NCBI GenBank assembly: GCA_000320545.1
Contig: ADNK01000571.1
Coordinates: forward strand, 1-64,000
Length of the DNA stretch: 64,000 nucleotides
Direction of reading: 5' to 3'
Source: Bigelowiella natans CCMP2755
Taxonomy: Eukaryota; Protista; Cercozoa
Of this stretch, positions 39,194 to 52,624 are shown in pieces. Below the pieces are notes generated by a model. It searched no databases. It saw only the letters and a list, made by a program, of their open reading frames with translations, and had not been told where the DNA came from. The position numbers and the translations under genes were made by a program. The number at the start of each line of letters is the position of its first letter. The stretch's first letter is position 1.

Positions 39194-39477
39194 TTAATGA
39201 TCTGTTTCCACTTCAGGCCGGATTATTGGGTGCCATTGCATTAACCAAGTCATGGCCCACATCATCCACATGCAAAAAGTGGCAATTGTGATCAGCAATG
39301 TCGTGAGCCTAATAAAAACCACATGAGATAAGCGTTGCAGACAAATTTACATTATATTTACCCGACTTGGCCCCTCAGAGCTCCTTGGCCTAGGCACGCC
39401 GATATCGCACATGCAAGTAGACCAAGAGCTACGTACACGAATGTGCCAACCCAAAATGGTGTCGAGTCAGAAGCCAT
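39194..39477 (-). CDS. ATP6V0E: V-type ATPase V0 subunit e (76 aa, one intron at 39309-39361)
   Basis: MASDSTPFWVGTFVYVALGLLACAISACLGQGALRGQVG then LTTLLITIATFCMWMMWAMTWLMQWHPIIRPEVETDH*. The CMWMMW...Q.HP.I.P signature is present. Not in the ORF track. Confidence 0.9.
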
Positions 39478-39880
39478 AATGTGTCTGACCATATACGAGT
39501 AGGATTTAGTTTGGTTTTCATGAAATAAGCTTCACTGAAGACGTATCAAAACCACCCAATGGTTCCAAAACCATCCACACATAATACAACAGTATCATCT
39601 TTTTTTAAAATTGCTTGAATTCCAATGTATTTATGAAATCATTGAAACTCATACAAAAAATTGGAAAGCATGAAAAACTAAAAGGCAAGTCCTTGCTGCG
39701 GACTCATCTTCGTCATCGAATTAAATGCCATAAAGTATCCGTTTGTGCTCTTCTCTGCTTCTCTCAAGATGTAAATATAGTAGGAAAAGGAGGGTCGAAA
39801 ATATTTTTGCACATTGTTGCCGCGTGTACATTCCACAGCACTAGTAAGGTGGTGCCGAATTGTGTTTAAGGGCTATGCTA

Positions 39881-40177
39881 TTACCAACTCGCAGGTGGCT
39901 TGCTAATGAGGGGAACAGGGCTGTGAGATCGAACCCTCGTTTCCTGGCACTTTTTCGTGGAGGATGAAATGCTATAATTCATAAACGACAATACTTTAGG
40001 ATTGTCTCTATTAATATTTATATGTCCAATATCTATTTGCGAGAAATCAGAGCTGCTTCTTCGTCTTCTGGGAGCTGATCTCTGCCCAATATCATCGGCA
40101 GCAGATGCAAGGACGAGGGCTCTTTCGCAAGACGACAACCTCAGAAACGATTTCCGCAGCACTGGAACCCCATCCAT
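39881..40177 (-). CDS. Possible hypothetical protein or uORF upstream of V-ATPase e
   Basis: Open frame MDGVPVLRKSFLRLSSCERAL... with no recognisable domain. Confidence 0.3.
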   Translation of the reverse strand: MDGVPVLRKSFLRLSSCERALVLASAADDIGQRSAPRRRRSSSDFSQIDIGHININRDNPKVLSFMNYSISSSTKKCQETRVRSHSPVPLISKPPASW

Positions 40178-40330
40178 GTACGCCCAATCGACCGAAATTG
40201 CGTCCAAAATCCGTGTCGTATGGATCTCTTTCCCGATGGCCTTTAGTATCAAGTTACGACATGATTTTAATGTTGTCGTAGAGGTCATAATTGAGTGCAT
40301 AAATTGCCGCCTACAATCGGGGTGGTTGGC

Positions 40331-41638
40331 ATGGCGTTTGCGGTGCGAGGCGCTGCGTCCGTGCGGCTTCATCTCAGTTCCTCAGCCAGGCTAGTTCTGA
40401 AAGCCCACAATTTAAGGAATTTTTCATCTTCGTCTAGTAGGGGCGGAAATTCTGCAGCGTTTGAACTCGGCACCCCAACCTACCTCGGTTTGCACAATCT
40501 TAGAGATAATCCTGGAGCAAGAAAGAAGGTAGGCTACCCTCACAAACAGAAGGGAATGACAAATTAGACGTTCATTCAAACACAAAAATTCAGCGCAAAA
40601 TCGTGGGTCGTGGTCCAGGGTCTGGATGGGGCAAGACTTGTGGCAGGGGACACAAAGGACAGAAATCGAGAGGGTAAGCAAGAATTTCCTGGACTAAATA
40701 AACAGAAACGAATGCAGTGTGTGCTTTGGTGTATCAGTTCCATGGGAAAACCATTCTTTGAAGGAGGACAGACGCCTCTTCACAGGAAGCTTCCAAAACG
40801 GTGAGGCGGTTATCACATCCGCTTCTTCGTTTCACTGTCATTTTGACACATGTTATTATTTCCATCCTCAGAGGCTTCAAAAACGTCAACAAAGTTCGCT
40901 ATGAGCCTGTCAATTGTTCCTCTATAGTCGAGCGAATTAATCAGGGACGGATAGATCCATATAAGAAAATTACCATCAAAGACCTTTACGATGCTGGATT
41001 GTGCAACGGCATGAAGCACGGCGTGAAGCTCCTTGCCAAGGTAATGTGTTTGCGAGAAAGCTTCTTTCATGGACTATGTTTTTTGACTTTGATCATTTTC
41101 TTCTCAGGGAATCGAAGATCTCACTACCTTGGACACACCTCTAACAATTGAGGTGTCGCATGCGTCACAAGAAGCAAAGGTTTGTAACTTGCATTTTCAG
41201 AAATGATAACGGTTCGGTGAGAATTCTCGCATATGTTCTTAATCCCTTATCATCGTTCTAAATTTATCTTAATAGACTGCAATTGAAGAGCTCGGAGGCG
41301 AAGTCACCTACAGGTATTTATCTACAGATGGTCTAGGGCTTGGGGTAATCTTGACCATATCGATAATCTTCGTATCTAGGTACTTCAATCGTCGTGCCCT
41401 GCGTGCCCATATTAAGCCGCATAAGTTCCATCCAAACTTGATGCCGGGACCTAGCATTCCACCACCAAGACTCCAGGTATTTGAACTGCTTATTTTTTGG
41501 GGAATGCGCTCTTTAACCCCTTGTTGTGTATGACAGGAACGATATCTGCCTTTCATGGAGGAAGAACTTTTGGCTTACTATTCGCATCTGAAGGTTGAAG
41601 AAGAAGAAAATATTGGCAAGGAGGAAGCCTCAATGTAA
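40331..41638 (+). CDS. MRPL15: Mitochondrial ribosomal protein uL15m
   Basis: Mitochondrial presequence-like N-terminus, then [64 protein letters not shown] and AIEELGGEV. Confidence 0.93.
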
Positions 41639-41711
41639 TGCATAAGTTCTTTCGAAACGTTGAGATCTGTAATAAATATTCATACAGCACATATGATGCT
41701 CACATGATGAG

Positions 41712-41753
<42 letters not shown>

Positions 41754-42646
41754 CGATTACTTGCTTGATGTGCATATCTATTAAGATGTAGCTAATTGTA
41801 GCGTTAGCATAGGCATTTATGATGCTAAATTCTAGCTATGTATGCTAGTATGGGTGCGGCTAGGAATCAGCCGCGCTAGCGCCGGGTACGGTTCGCTCGC
41901 AAATCCTATGTGTATAACAGCTACTCGTACACGCGCGCGTATATGTGCTAGTGTGCTGCTCTGGTACATAGCTAGATAGCTAGCTGACTCGGCCTATCCG
42001 TAGATAGCGGCATGCACGAGAACAGAATCCAGGCTAGCAGGCTATTATACAGATAACTAGCAATTAGTATACTAGCAATTACATTAGCAATAAATGATAG
42101 ACATGCAATACACTGTATTGCTGCTGTGTCTATTATATAAGCGACGCAATGCAGCATACAATACGTATCTTGGCAATACGCAGCTTTACATACTAGCTAG
42201 CACAGCTAGATAGCAACATTACTAATTTATTAGATAGAATGACCATTGAAAAGAGTCAATTCATTCATTGCATCCGTCTTCTATATTCTACGTACGTTGA
42301 TACGATGCAATACGCCCTACTGCTACGATAAATAAAGTGTTGCTACATGCTGGTATGTATACTTTACTGCGATCAATCATGCATGAGTGCATGCGCTGCG
42401 CCTATCTTAGTAATTATAATTGATTTTATGTGCGCAGGAATCAATGCTACAAACGCACTGCGTCGCGTTTCAGCATGTAATATATAATTCAATATCCTTA
42501 GCGAACATATTATAAAATTGGTTGAGGCCTGTAAATCTAATGATATTACGCTTCATGAAGAAAAACACACAGTCTATTTTCCGGGGTCCCTAGCAGCGAA
42601 TGCAAGAGAAGTCTCCAATTATAGAACGCTGCGGATACCCAGCTGT

Positions 42647-44557
42647 TTACAATCCGCCGCGTCTTGTTACCCCTGACAAATTTAGCCAAAATATAAGTGT
42701 CGCTTGTAGTAAACATTAAATGACCGAGATTAGAAAGGTCTCAACTCTGCTTTGGAACCTACCGCTTTTCTTATCTAAGAACTGGCGAATATGGAAGATT
42801 TGAAAAGCTCCAATTCCGAGAACAGCCTAAATGGTATTCAATTAGGTCTCATCGGGTGCTTTAGTTCATATAGTAAAGGTCGCTGAGTAAGAGGGTATTT
42901 TAAAACAAGTCCACGGGACGAAGTTGCATCATCAAAGTAAAGAGGCAGCGCCTCGGCACAACCACTACTAATACCACCACAACCCCTGAGGCTACTTATC
43001 TATATGGTTATGCTAGATGACCAGGTTTTGCAACATGTTCCACCAAAAAACCCGAGAGTTTGTGCTTGAGTTGGCTGTAGGTGAAAGTATAGAATCAAAC
43101 TAGGAGAACTTGGACGTTTTCTTTGTCACGATCATTATAATTGATATGTATGTACATTATATATATTATGTTGCTTGGACGCGTATAAATGCACAGTACG
43201 CGTGAAGACGTGTTTTGCATTGTACGATGCTGATGCAATATGCTCAAAACGTACTCTCTCTAGACATCCTCTCCCGAGTGATGAGATATCTATGAATGGG
43301 AATAAGATGACAATTTTAGTAATTGTAATGGTCCATGAAGGAGATGACTTCAATAAGAATTACTGTTGCTCGTGGACAACGAACTGTAGGGACTCGCCAA
43401 GTAATAAGATAGAATTTTCCAAGGGATCCAAGTGTTCTAGATGATGAAAATGAGTTCACATAAATCGACGATGGCGGTGAATCCAACATAATATACTCAA
43501 TCAATAAAAACTCGCGCATACGCTGGTGAAGTGCAGTGTTCCAATAACGTAGTCGGTTCAATTCTGAGACACGCCCCATTCTTTATTCATACCTTTCTTT
43601 GCAATTTCGTGATCCACGAGCGATGTGCCGACGAAGATGTTGAAGCTCACCTGGAAAATAACATTTTTAAAACAAAAAAAGGTACCCTTTTCAACATTTG
43701 GGGGGGGGGATACCGTTTTTGCCGTGAGGGTCGACTTCAAGTTGCTGAAGCAAAACTTATACAAACCTAAGTATGGGAAAAAGCATAGATTGCATTAAGC
43801 TGTTCTCATCGTACACTTTATTGAGAAACATATTTTTCCTACCGTCTTGATTGGCCACGAAGGCGTAGCTGTCATCTGAATAGCCCAAGTTCTCATAGAG
43901 GGTTTTCCCCGAAGAATCGTACACCTTAGCAAAGTTCATGTGGAATAAGTTAGAGAGGTCAAAATTGAGAGATAAAGGGCAAGGAAGACCAGGCAGTCAG
44001 TATTGGACAATAAAAAGAGAGAGCACACATATTGCGTGTCATTCGTACGCGGATGCGCAAAGAGAGAGAGCAAGAGGGAGAGAAAAGGTGGAGAAAAGAT
44101 GGAGTAGAGGGGATGAGAGAATCAGGCATAAAGATGTCCGAAAATGTCGAGCTTTCCCCTATTTTTGGTTGATAAGTCAGTCGAACTCCGAACAGATTCT
44201 GTACATATTTCTCACCCTGAGATCTATTTCCAAAGTCCCCCCAGACGACACTGAGTAAGACCCTATAACTTTTTCACCCTAGAATGTGTTGTAGATTTTA
44301 CAAGATGGTGGATATCAGTGCTGCCCAATTTCGATATGGACTCGTTCTAATCCAATTATAGTTACATTTTGGAACCCTACCCTCGATATCGTCTCAGTAA
44401 AACATTCTTCTCCCCCAGCGCTAATCTGAGACATTGGAAAAGAGATTGAAGTTGCCGTTCATCGGTAAATAAAATCAGGCACGCAAAGCACCTCTACAAT
44501 GAAGCCCTGGGTCGCCAGCGGAATCGCTGCGAGCAGAGCCAGCAGGATTGTCGTCAT
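42647..44557 (-). CDS. p24/EMP24/TMED GOLD-domain cargo receptor (TMED2-like); last exon uncertain
   Basis: Signal peptide MTTILLALLAAIPLATQG, then AGGEECFTET, GSYSVSSGGTLEID, YKFCFSN, EHLDPLENSI, STNSRVFWW and FQIFHIRQFLDKK. Confidence 0.88.
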
Positions 44558-44955
44558 GGGAAGGAATTAACCTAAACAGACAGCATGTTCAAAATTTAGC
44601 CGACGGAACGATCTCTGCAAATAGTTCGTACAAAATTCAACGCACGCGAAGAATCAAAAGCTCACTGTCCCCCACAACTAAACTATCTCCGGCAGTGGAT
44701 GGCAAGCACGGGGGGGGATAGGCCGTAGAACCTTTTTAAGGTTTAATGGAAATTTTCAAAGATATAAAAAAATGGTTTAAGACACTCCCTCCAGGGCATT
44801 CGTTCACAAAATACATGATTTACTCTAATAAATCAGATAGAAACTGAAATTTTGAGCGCTTCGATGTCATTATAAATCTGACACAGAGAAAGGTCAATGA
44901 CGACAGCGCCACTCTATGCGTTGTCGCAGTGCACTAAAAGGAGAACAAACCTTCG

Positions 44956-45053
44956 ATGAAAATTGCGGGAAACGGCAACACAGGAAAAAGGCCGTAACCT
45001 CTTGTCGCAGCACATGAAAAGAAGGTGTATAGGTGTATGAAAATTGCGGGAAA
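44956..45053 (+). promoter_or_regulatory. Duplicated 17-mer ATGAAAATTGCGGGAAA containing an E2F-like site in a divergent promoter
   Basis: Exact copies at 44956-44972 and 45037-45053. GCGGGAAA is the reverse complement of TTTCCCGC. Confidence 0.5.
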
Positions 45054-45077
45054 GGTGCACAAGGGGGAAGAAGGAAA

Positions 45078-46405
45078 ATGGATGCCAAGGACTTAGACTC
45101 CCTCAGGAAAGCAGTTGAGGGCCAGAACACCAAATCAGTGCGGGTTGCGTTGAACGAGAAAAAACGTTTCAAGGTAATGGCGAATAGTGAACTGAGTGCT
45201 CTAAGTCCAGAGATCAACCCCCTCATTCAGGAATGACATGTTGATTGTTTCTCCCCAGGGGTTTCATCCATGCCATCTCATACCTGTGATGAAGAAAAAT
45301 GATTGGGTGTTTTCTAAAAAATCACCACTGCTCGAAGATCTCAAGAAACATATTTCGGCCAAGACTACGGGGAAACTTAAGGCCGTCAGAGAGGACTTAA
45401 AGCTACAATGGCCAAGGTTTTTAGAGGATGAGAAAGGGGAGGAAGTTGGGTACACACCTCTGCATATCGCGTGTATGTTTGGATCACGAGAGTCCATAAA
45501 TGGACTCTTCGAAGCTGGGGCTAATTCTAAGGTGAGTGGCTATGTTTCCCATATGACTTGTCGAATCTCCACTTAATTATTGTCTACAAAACAGGATAAA
45601 ACCAAATCTGGATGGAATGCTGTAGAGCTGGCAAGCTACCGATCCGGGATGCTGGACCTTCAGTATGATGTTACATCCAACTTTTTCCACGCGGTTCATC
45701 TGGATCTACTACGCAAGTTCACAAAGGGGTCTGTATTAGACATCAAAGGTATGAAAGAATACCTTAAAGATAAAGAGCTAAATGAGTGGGTGGAACTCCT
45801 AGATGATCAATATGGCCAAACCAGGGATAAAAAAAATAAGAATCTCGAGTTAGAGTACGAAAACCTTATGAAAGAGGTGAATAAGAAAATCGATCAACAT
45901 ACAGAGGATCAGCATAAGATTGATGCACTGCCTGACCTTGATGAGATTTACACGCTTGATGAAGAGTTTTCCGAACCGAGTGAAGAGAAGAAAGAAGGCG
46001 GACCGGTTGATAGTGAGGAAAATAGTTTGACCGCAACAGAGAAGCCAGAACGAATAAGAAAGCTGATAGAACGACGTTCCAGCATTGCTATGATTCAAAA
46101 AAGACAGAATGTCTTTAAGTACGAGAATAAGGTGAACCAGAAGACTGGGCCTATTATTAAGCAAAAGAAGGTAATTGCGAGTTTCGGAGGAGAATAATGA
46201 AACTGTCTGATACAACGTTTCACACTAGAATTGATGTGTTGCCAACCAGATAAGTTTGAAACCCTTCACTAGAAAACGGAATTCAAAGAAGTACTTAATC
46301 TCGGATCGTCCATTATGCGACAACAACCGTTTCCAATTAGGGGAAGATTACAAAGCACTCCAACGGGTGTAAAAGCTCCTACTGTAGATGTGTCCACACA
46401 TCCGC

Positions 46406-46448
<43 letters not shown>

Positions 46449-48082
46449 GCTATGGGCTCCTGTTGGTTTACCTATTTCTTTTCAAACCCTGGCAACTTAA
46501 AGACGTTGTTGGTGGTAATCCTACAGTTATACATGAAGCTCGAGGAAGAAAGGGAACGAAGGAAGCTAGGTATCTCATTGAAAAACACTCATGGTAAATC
46601 TCTTGAACAAATATCAACATGAACCTCTACATAGAATTTCAACATCAAAAAAATGAGCTTGAGAATGAGCTTGAGAATGTAAAGAAGGAGCTTGAGAATG
46701 CTAAGAACACAAGAAGTGAAGGAAAAAAAAAGAAGTGCAAAGATGAGCTCGGAAAAGAATCAAAGAAGGGAATTCAGGATTTAAAGAAATTGGTATGTGT
46801 TGACACACTGGCAACTGATTAATTTCCATTACGCTACTACACGTCTAGGAGAGGTATATGGGTATTTCTAGAAGGTAAAAACGACAAAATGCCACACCAA
46901 CATCCATGGTTTTTTTAAAAAAAGGATATCGAAATCTACACGGAGCTTGCCAAAATATTCATGACAGACAAAAAGGTAGCACTCGATAGATTAGGGGAGG
47001 AGATTGGAGGCCGTGCAGTAGAATCTAACTTCGTGATCATTTAATTCCTTTGTACGCCAGGATGATGCTAGAGAAACAGAGCTTAGTGTAATTTAGATAT
47101 GTTAAGATCTAGATACTACATGCTTGTGTTTGTGTGTGTGTGTGTGTGTGTGTGCGTGCGTGCGTGCGTGTCGTAAATACTTAGGAATAGATAAATACCT
47201 AGTTCTACAATGTAAAATCTTTCTTCTGATGAACGCGCTTTAATAATCAGGATATTAAAGACTTTAAAAAATGGCGCAACCGTGTTTCTGAGGACCTTAA
47301 AAAAGTTAAAGAAACAAGGGAGCAACTGGCCACAGAAACTGCAGTGGTGATGAGTGTTATTTCTGAACTTAATATGCTTGTAAGTACACTGAGAATTCCG
47401 CTCTTAATTTGTACGCACCCGATCAGTTTCGCCACAGCCTCTGCGTCCAGAACACAATGCTACTTCTCATCACGATAGTGTGAGTGAATTATTACTCTCT
47501 CCTGTCTGTCGCCACAACAAATGTATTGGAACCTTCACGAAATAGCGATCCGAGTATCTATATCTTCTCGTGATTCTCTTTACTTGAGTTCGCTTATATG
47601 TTTCATTTATCACAGGTGCGCGTTGTCTTTTGTATCTACCTTTGAGATGTAACGCTTTGAAGCAGCCTTTTGGGGAATAAGACCACCAGAAAAATGTACA
47701 TTATCAGGATGCTGCTCCTACGAAAATTAAATTATGTCCAATTGTCCAAGCGATAGCATATATATTAGTGTGAGCCAAGAGCTACAAATCATGCCCGGCA
47801 AGTGATCGAATCAATTGTAGCATCCAAATGATTAATATCTATGTATTGCTTACCCCAATCAACTATGCGATTACTCGTCCACACAGCTGGTGTGCCATAA
47901 CCCGTGGTATGAAGCAAGAAAATTTCTTAGAAGATACTCACGTATTTCGCTCTCTACCACTGCGCTTCCAAGAGAACATCACAAAACACTGACCACGCTC
48001 AAAGCCATCCGAGCCGATAAGGTAAGGGTTGCCTTGAAATTAATTTCAGACTGTATTTCCCCGTGTCATTCCGGTAGTGTAA
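45078..48082 (+). CDS. Ankyrin-repeat and coiled-coil hypothetical protein; 3' exons uncertain
   Basis: GYTPLHIACMFGSRESINGLFEAGAN and SGWNAVELA ankyrin motifs, followed by long Glu/Lys-rich exons. Confidence 0.65.
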
Positions 48083-48490
48083 TCGATAGCGCTGAAGGTG
48101 CATCCCGGGTGAGGAATTCTACACACAGCTTTGTAGTAGCTGTAGGTTACGTGTCGTTTAAGTTTAATTGTAATAGTATACACAGAGCAGAGATATAACT
48201 TGCACTGAATAACATAGCACAGCTCGCACAAATTATGATACGCACCATGAACATTACGCAGTACAACTCACATTTCACAGTCAAAGTGAGAGCAATGTTG
48301 TGCATCATCTAGATCATGCGTGCAGTTCGGGATGCCTAGATGCATGCACATGTTGTGCTGTGCAGCAGAACATTGCGAGCCTGGTTTCGATGCCATGCAA
48401 TTTTTTGTGCCATTTTCGTAGCACGTGTCGTGCGTCGTCACAATTAGCAATAAGCAGTGTCATCACAATATTAATTTGTAAATGATGTAA

Positions 48491-49387
48491 CCAAGCAGTG
48501 CGTGAAAATGTTGAAAAATTGTTTCATCACATCTGCTGTGGCCAGCCAACCAGGCTAGCAGGCAGCGCCAGAGCGTGCGGTGTCCACAGAACTGTCATCG
48601 CGCAGCCACGTGCAGTGTGCGCTCTGTTTCGACACACTGCACTGCTCAGACTGGCCAATTGTGCCATTGTTTGTCAACAGTTTCCTGCATGCACTGCTGC
48701 GCTCTCGTGCTAGCCGCACTGGACCTTGTGAGCGCGCCAGCCTGCAACAACCACACAGCTCTGGAGCTTGCAGGCACACACGCACACTTGTTGGCTAGCT
48801 AGTGAGGAATGTCTGCAATCGTGGACAGAGCTGCATGCTAGCTAGCTAGCATGCTGTTGTCTTGAATGAACATGATTCCAATGGAGCGGTCAAATGGATT
48901 GCCTCTAGATCTAGAAAGAATCAAATGAGCCATCTCATTGGAGCGGTGAAAAGGATCATGGTGCCACAAATGAAACAATGAAACAATGATGAAGAACTAC
49001 ATTTCCAAAGTGTTGCAAGACACTTGCAGTGTGCAAAATGCAGTGCCTCGAACTGGTTTCAGTGAGGACTGTGACTAGCAAATCAACTAGCTGGTTTGCC
49101 AAAATGGCATGACTTGGTCATTGAGAAGCAATGACACTAGCGGCAAAATTCTGACGGCGCAAGACCTCCACTATGAGCAAAAACTTCCTGAAGGCCATGT
49201 CCACACGACGATCTACGATTGGATCATCTGAGGGGGCCCCCAGCAGAATTTTGGTTTTGGAGGAGTCTGGAGCGTCAAAGAATGAAGAGTGGACCACAAG
49301 CTGATGCGGTGCTCCTGGCTTCTTTTTGCCTCGGATGAATGGAAGAAGCTGATCAAGAGGGATGCTATGCCAAAACGCCCTTCTTTT
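48491..49387. other. TpA-depleted tract C
   Basis: Hand count: 16 TA in about 900 bp, 12 in CTAG and 4 in CTAC/CTAT, none in other contexts. Confidence 0.9.
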
Positions 49388-49472
49388 TATACATGAAAAC
49401 AACCTAAAACTCTTGTCGCACATGACATAACAGATACAACAATCCTCAACCGGAGGCGGAACAGACCGAACG

Positions 49473-50859
49473 ATGGCCTATCGCTTCCGTGCGTTACCCT
49501 GGAATGTTGCCTGTTACCGCCCCTGTTGCTGCTCAAATGCTACTGTTATTACTAAAGTGACTGTTGATGACAATGCTAATGGAAGCGAGGAATTGCTACG
49601 ATGGCGATTAATACAGGGACTGTAAAGTGAAGTGATCATTTATGCATTATCACAATCGTAGGTGTTAGAACTGCGGGGGGGAAGCAATGTACCCTAGGCC
49701 CTTGCTTGAACGATGGTGCAACGATACTGCAGCTGGCAAAGCTTTTAGAGGGCAAAATAGGGATCCCAACAACACGCCAGAAGATCAAATGGGGATACCC
49801 TCCGACGACAGTAAATAATGCCCAGCCTAGTGAGTCTCTCAAGTCGATCGGCATTAGATCAGGTGGAGGGATGGAGGGTTATGAAAAGGAGAGGGGGGCA
49901 TTGGTATCTTTTAGCCCGTTAGGTCGATAGCACGCGATGATGATGATGATGATGATGATGATGGTGGTGATGATATCTCCAGGGGTGACTTTGATGGTTG
50001 ATGAGGTGGATCAGTCTTCGGCTTCACTACTGAAAGCGGTGTCCGAAGCCCAAACTTCATCATCATCATCATCATCTGTGTCCAGCAATAGTACCAATGG
50101 GAAAAAGGACATGAAATCGAGCAAAGCACAGCAAGCAAACGATCAGAAGGGCGTAGGGACCGGGGATGGACATTGGGAAATGAAGAAGGTCGACACGACG
50201 ACGCCAAAATTCTAGTGCAAGCTGGAATTTTATCTGATAATATCTGGAAAATACATCAGGTTGAGATCCCCGACGACAATTCTTGCTTGTTCACCGCAGT
50301 TGGGTACGTTTGTGAGAAAGGAGGAAGCCCTTCCATGAATCACGCTTCTACATTGAGACAGGTGATCATCCACCAAAAAATGGAGAACGACGAACGACGA
50401 CGATGCGGACAAACATGTCGTAATCATATAATATTATCTAGCTTTCCATTTGCGGCGTTGCAACGAATAGATGCCTTCTTACTTACATCAGTATCATCAT
50501 TATCATCATCATCATCATCATCATAGCATTATTATTTATCAGGTCTGTGCTTCTTTAGCTATTTCAACGAGGGATTATTCAGAAGCTGTATTAGGTAAGA
50601 CGATGGAAGATAATGGCGATGATCATAACCATGACGATGATGATAAGGCGTACATAAACAGCTACAAATGCGTTTGTTCCCATGTGTTGCAGGTGTCGCC
50701 GCGTATGATATCCCTGATAGCTGTAGCACGTGCACTCGTCCACCATTTTTTTGTCAGGGAAAAAGCCTGATCTTTACTCCAGGGAAATATTAAATCCTCA
50801 AAAGTGGGGGGGGGGCATAGAGCTAGCTATGCTGAGGTAATAAAGGAGATATACTCTAT

Positions 50860-50892
<33 letters not shown>

Positions 50893-51398
50893 CATATAGA
50901 ACACGCATTCATTCACTGTGTGTTATTCTAACCGTATTAGCGACTACTATGCAATGGAGGTCTGTGCGATTGATGTCCAGACCCTGAACCCCTACATCTA
51001 TGGAGAGGTAGCCAGTATGCAGTTGTTGTCATCACCAACATCGTCGTCGTCGCCATAGCAAACAACCTGCCTTCACCAAATAATCTCTCACATATCAGGG
51101 AAAGAAGTACAAAGAACGCGCGTACCTGATCTACAATGGGATCCATTATGACGTTATCGTGGGGTACTTGAATAATAATAACACTAGAATCAACTTTTGA
51201 CGGATAAGAAGAGGATGATGCAGTTTACTACATAGCGAAGAGATCATACCAAGTAGTGGTCATCTTCCTCGTTAAAAGAATCCTCTCCCTGGACTGAATG
51301 TAAAACTAGAATGATGTTGGGGTTTTGTTTTGCAGCAAATCATCATATTTCCAACTCTATACGTTCATGTGCACCTCGTTGCGTATTACTGAGCCAAC

Positions 51399-51461
<63 letters not shown>

Positions 51462-51962
51462 TCAGCACGAAGAATGGCAAGTCTCAAGTCCGATTCGAAT
51501 CCACAGATCACGATGCACTAGCCAAAGGTGATATTTGTAATCGTAGTAGCAGGAATGGGCAGGGGATCATTGTCACTCGGCATAATTTGAATAGCACGCG
51601 CCAATTATACTTAGTTGCATACAACAGCAATTTTAGGCTGCACTCGGTGCATGCACCAGCAGAAGGCATCTGGCTGCAATAGTAGTATTAGCCGGAAAGA
51701 GAGGAGTGAAGCGCAACATTCACGCGTGTCGATGCTGTGTGTGCAGTGTGAGTAAACAGTGTATGGTATTTCCTGAAGAGTGTTGTTGGCTACCATAAAT
51801 ACAGCTGTAGGGATTGCCAAGAAGGCTCACGAGAAGAAGAAATTCGTGAATACCGCAACATTTAGCATAAGATGCGAGATGTGTGGGGCAGGGCTCGTAG
51901 GCACAAAGGAGGCGCAGGCACATGCAGAAGCAACCGGGCATGTAAAATTCTCACAGTACTAG
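49473..51962 (+). CDS. OTU1: Ubiquitin thioesterase OTU1/YOD1 (UBX-like, OTU and C2H2 zinc finger)
   Basis: MAYRFRVRTAGG...QKIKWGYPP, IPDDNSCLF, KWGGGIELAML, YLIYNGIHYD and CEMCGAGLVGTKEAQAHAEATGH. Confidence 0.94.
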
Positions 51963-52624
51963 CAGACTATAGAGACTTGTTATTTACGTATAACTAGTGT
52001 CTGTATCTTCTACAACGCCCAGATGTCGTATAGAATCAAAGTAGTCGTGGCGCATAGAGCATGTTGTTCACAATCATTGACAGCATACATGCATGTCGCG
52101 CGCATGTGTGCGCTTTTAGATGTCTAGGCAGATCTAGCAGATATATGTACAGCTTTAAAACGATTCCACATACATGTCTAGATGTGCTGAGCCACATGCG
52201 AGTAAACAAAAAGTTGCGCTTTCTAACAACAACACTAGTTTGCATTGCAGCACATATAGGCGATATTAACGCAAATGAAGAGCTAGAGAGACTGGGCTCA
52301 TGGTCTCATTGTGCGATGCTACACATAGCTAGATAGAGCATCAAACCCGGATCACGCTCTCCTCGCCAAGTTAATGTGTCAGGCAAAGCTGTGCTGCGCA
52401 TCACTTATCATTGCGAATGTAGACGAATCCTCTCTTTTATTAAATCAATTCAAATTTGCAAGACGTACGCTTATTATTTTAAGTTGCAGATGCAGCTCAT
52501 CTGCTTTGCGTACACGGGCAATATATATATGTTACATATATCGGTTGAGCGAGTAATAATATCAGACGCAAGCATTAGCAACTCTTCCCTTCCGCATCAG
52601 GAGATGTGACCTTTTCGTTCCTCG

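Noticed and set aside
17873-48961. The two inverted 22-mers as TIRs of one 31-kb transposon
   Set aside because: The interval holds ordinary housekeeping genes, with no transposase and no matching TSD seen.
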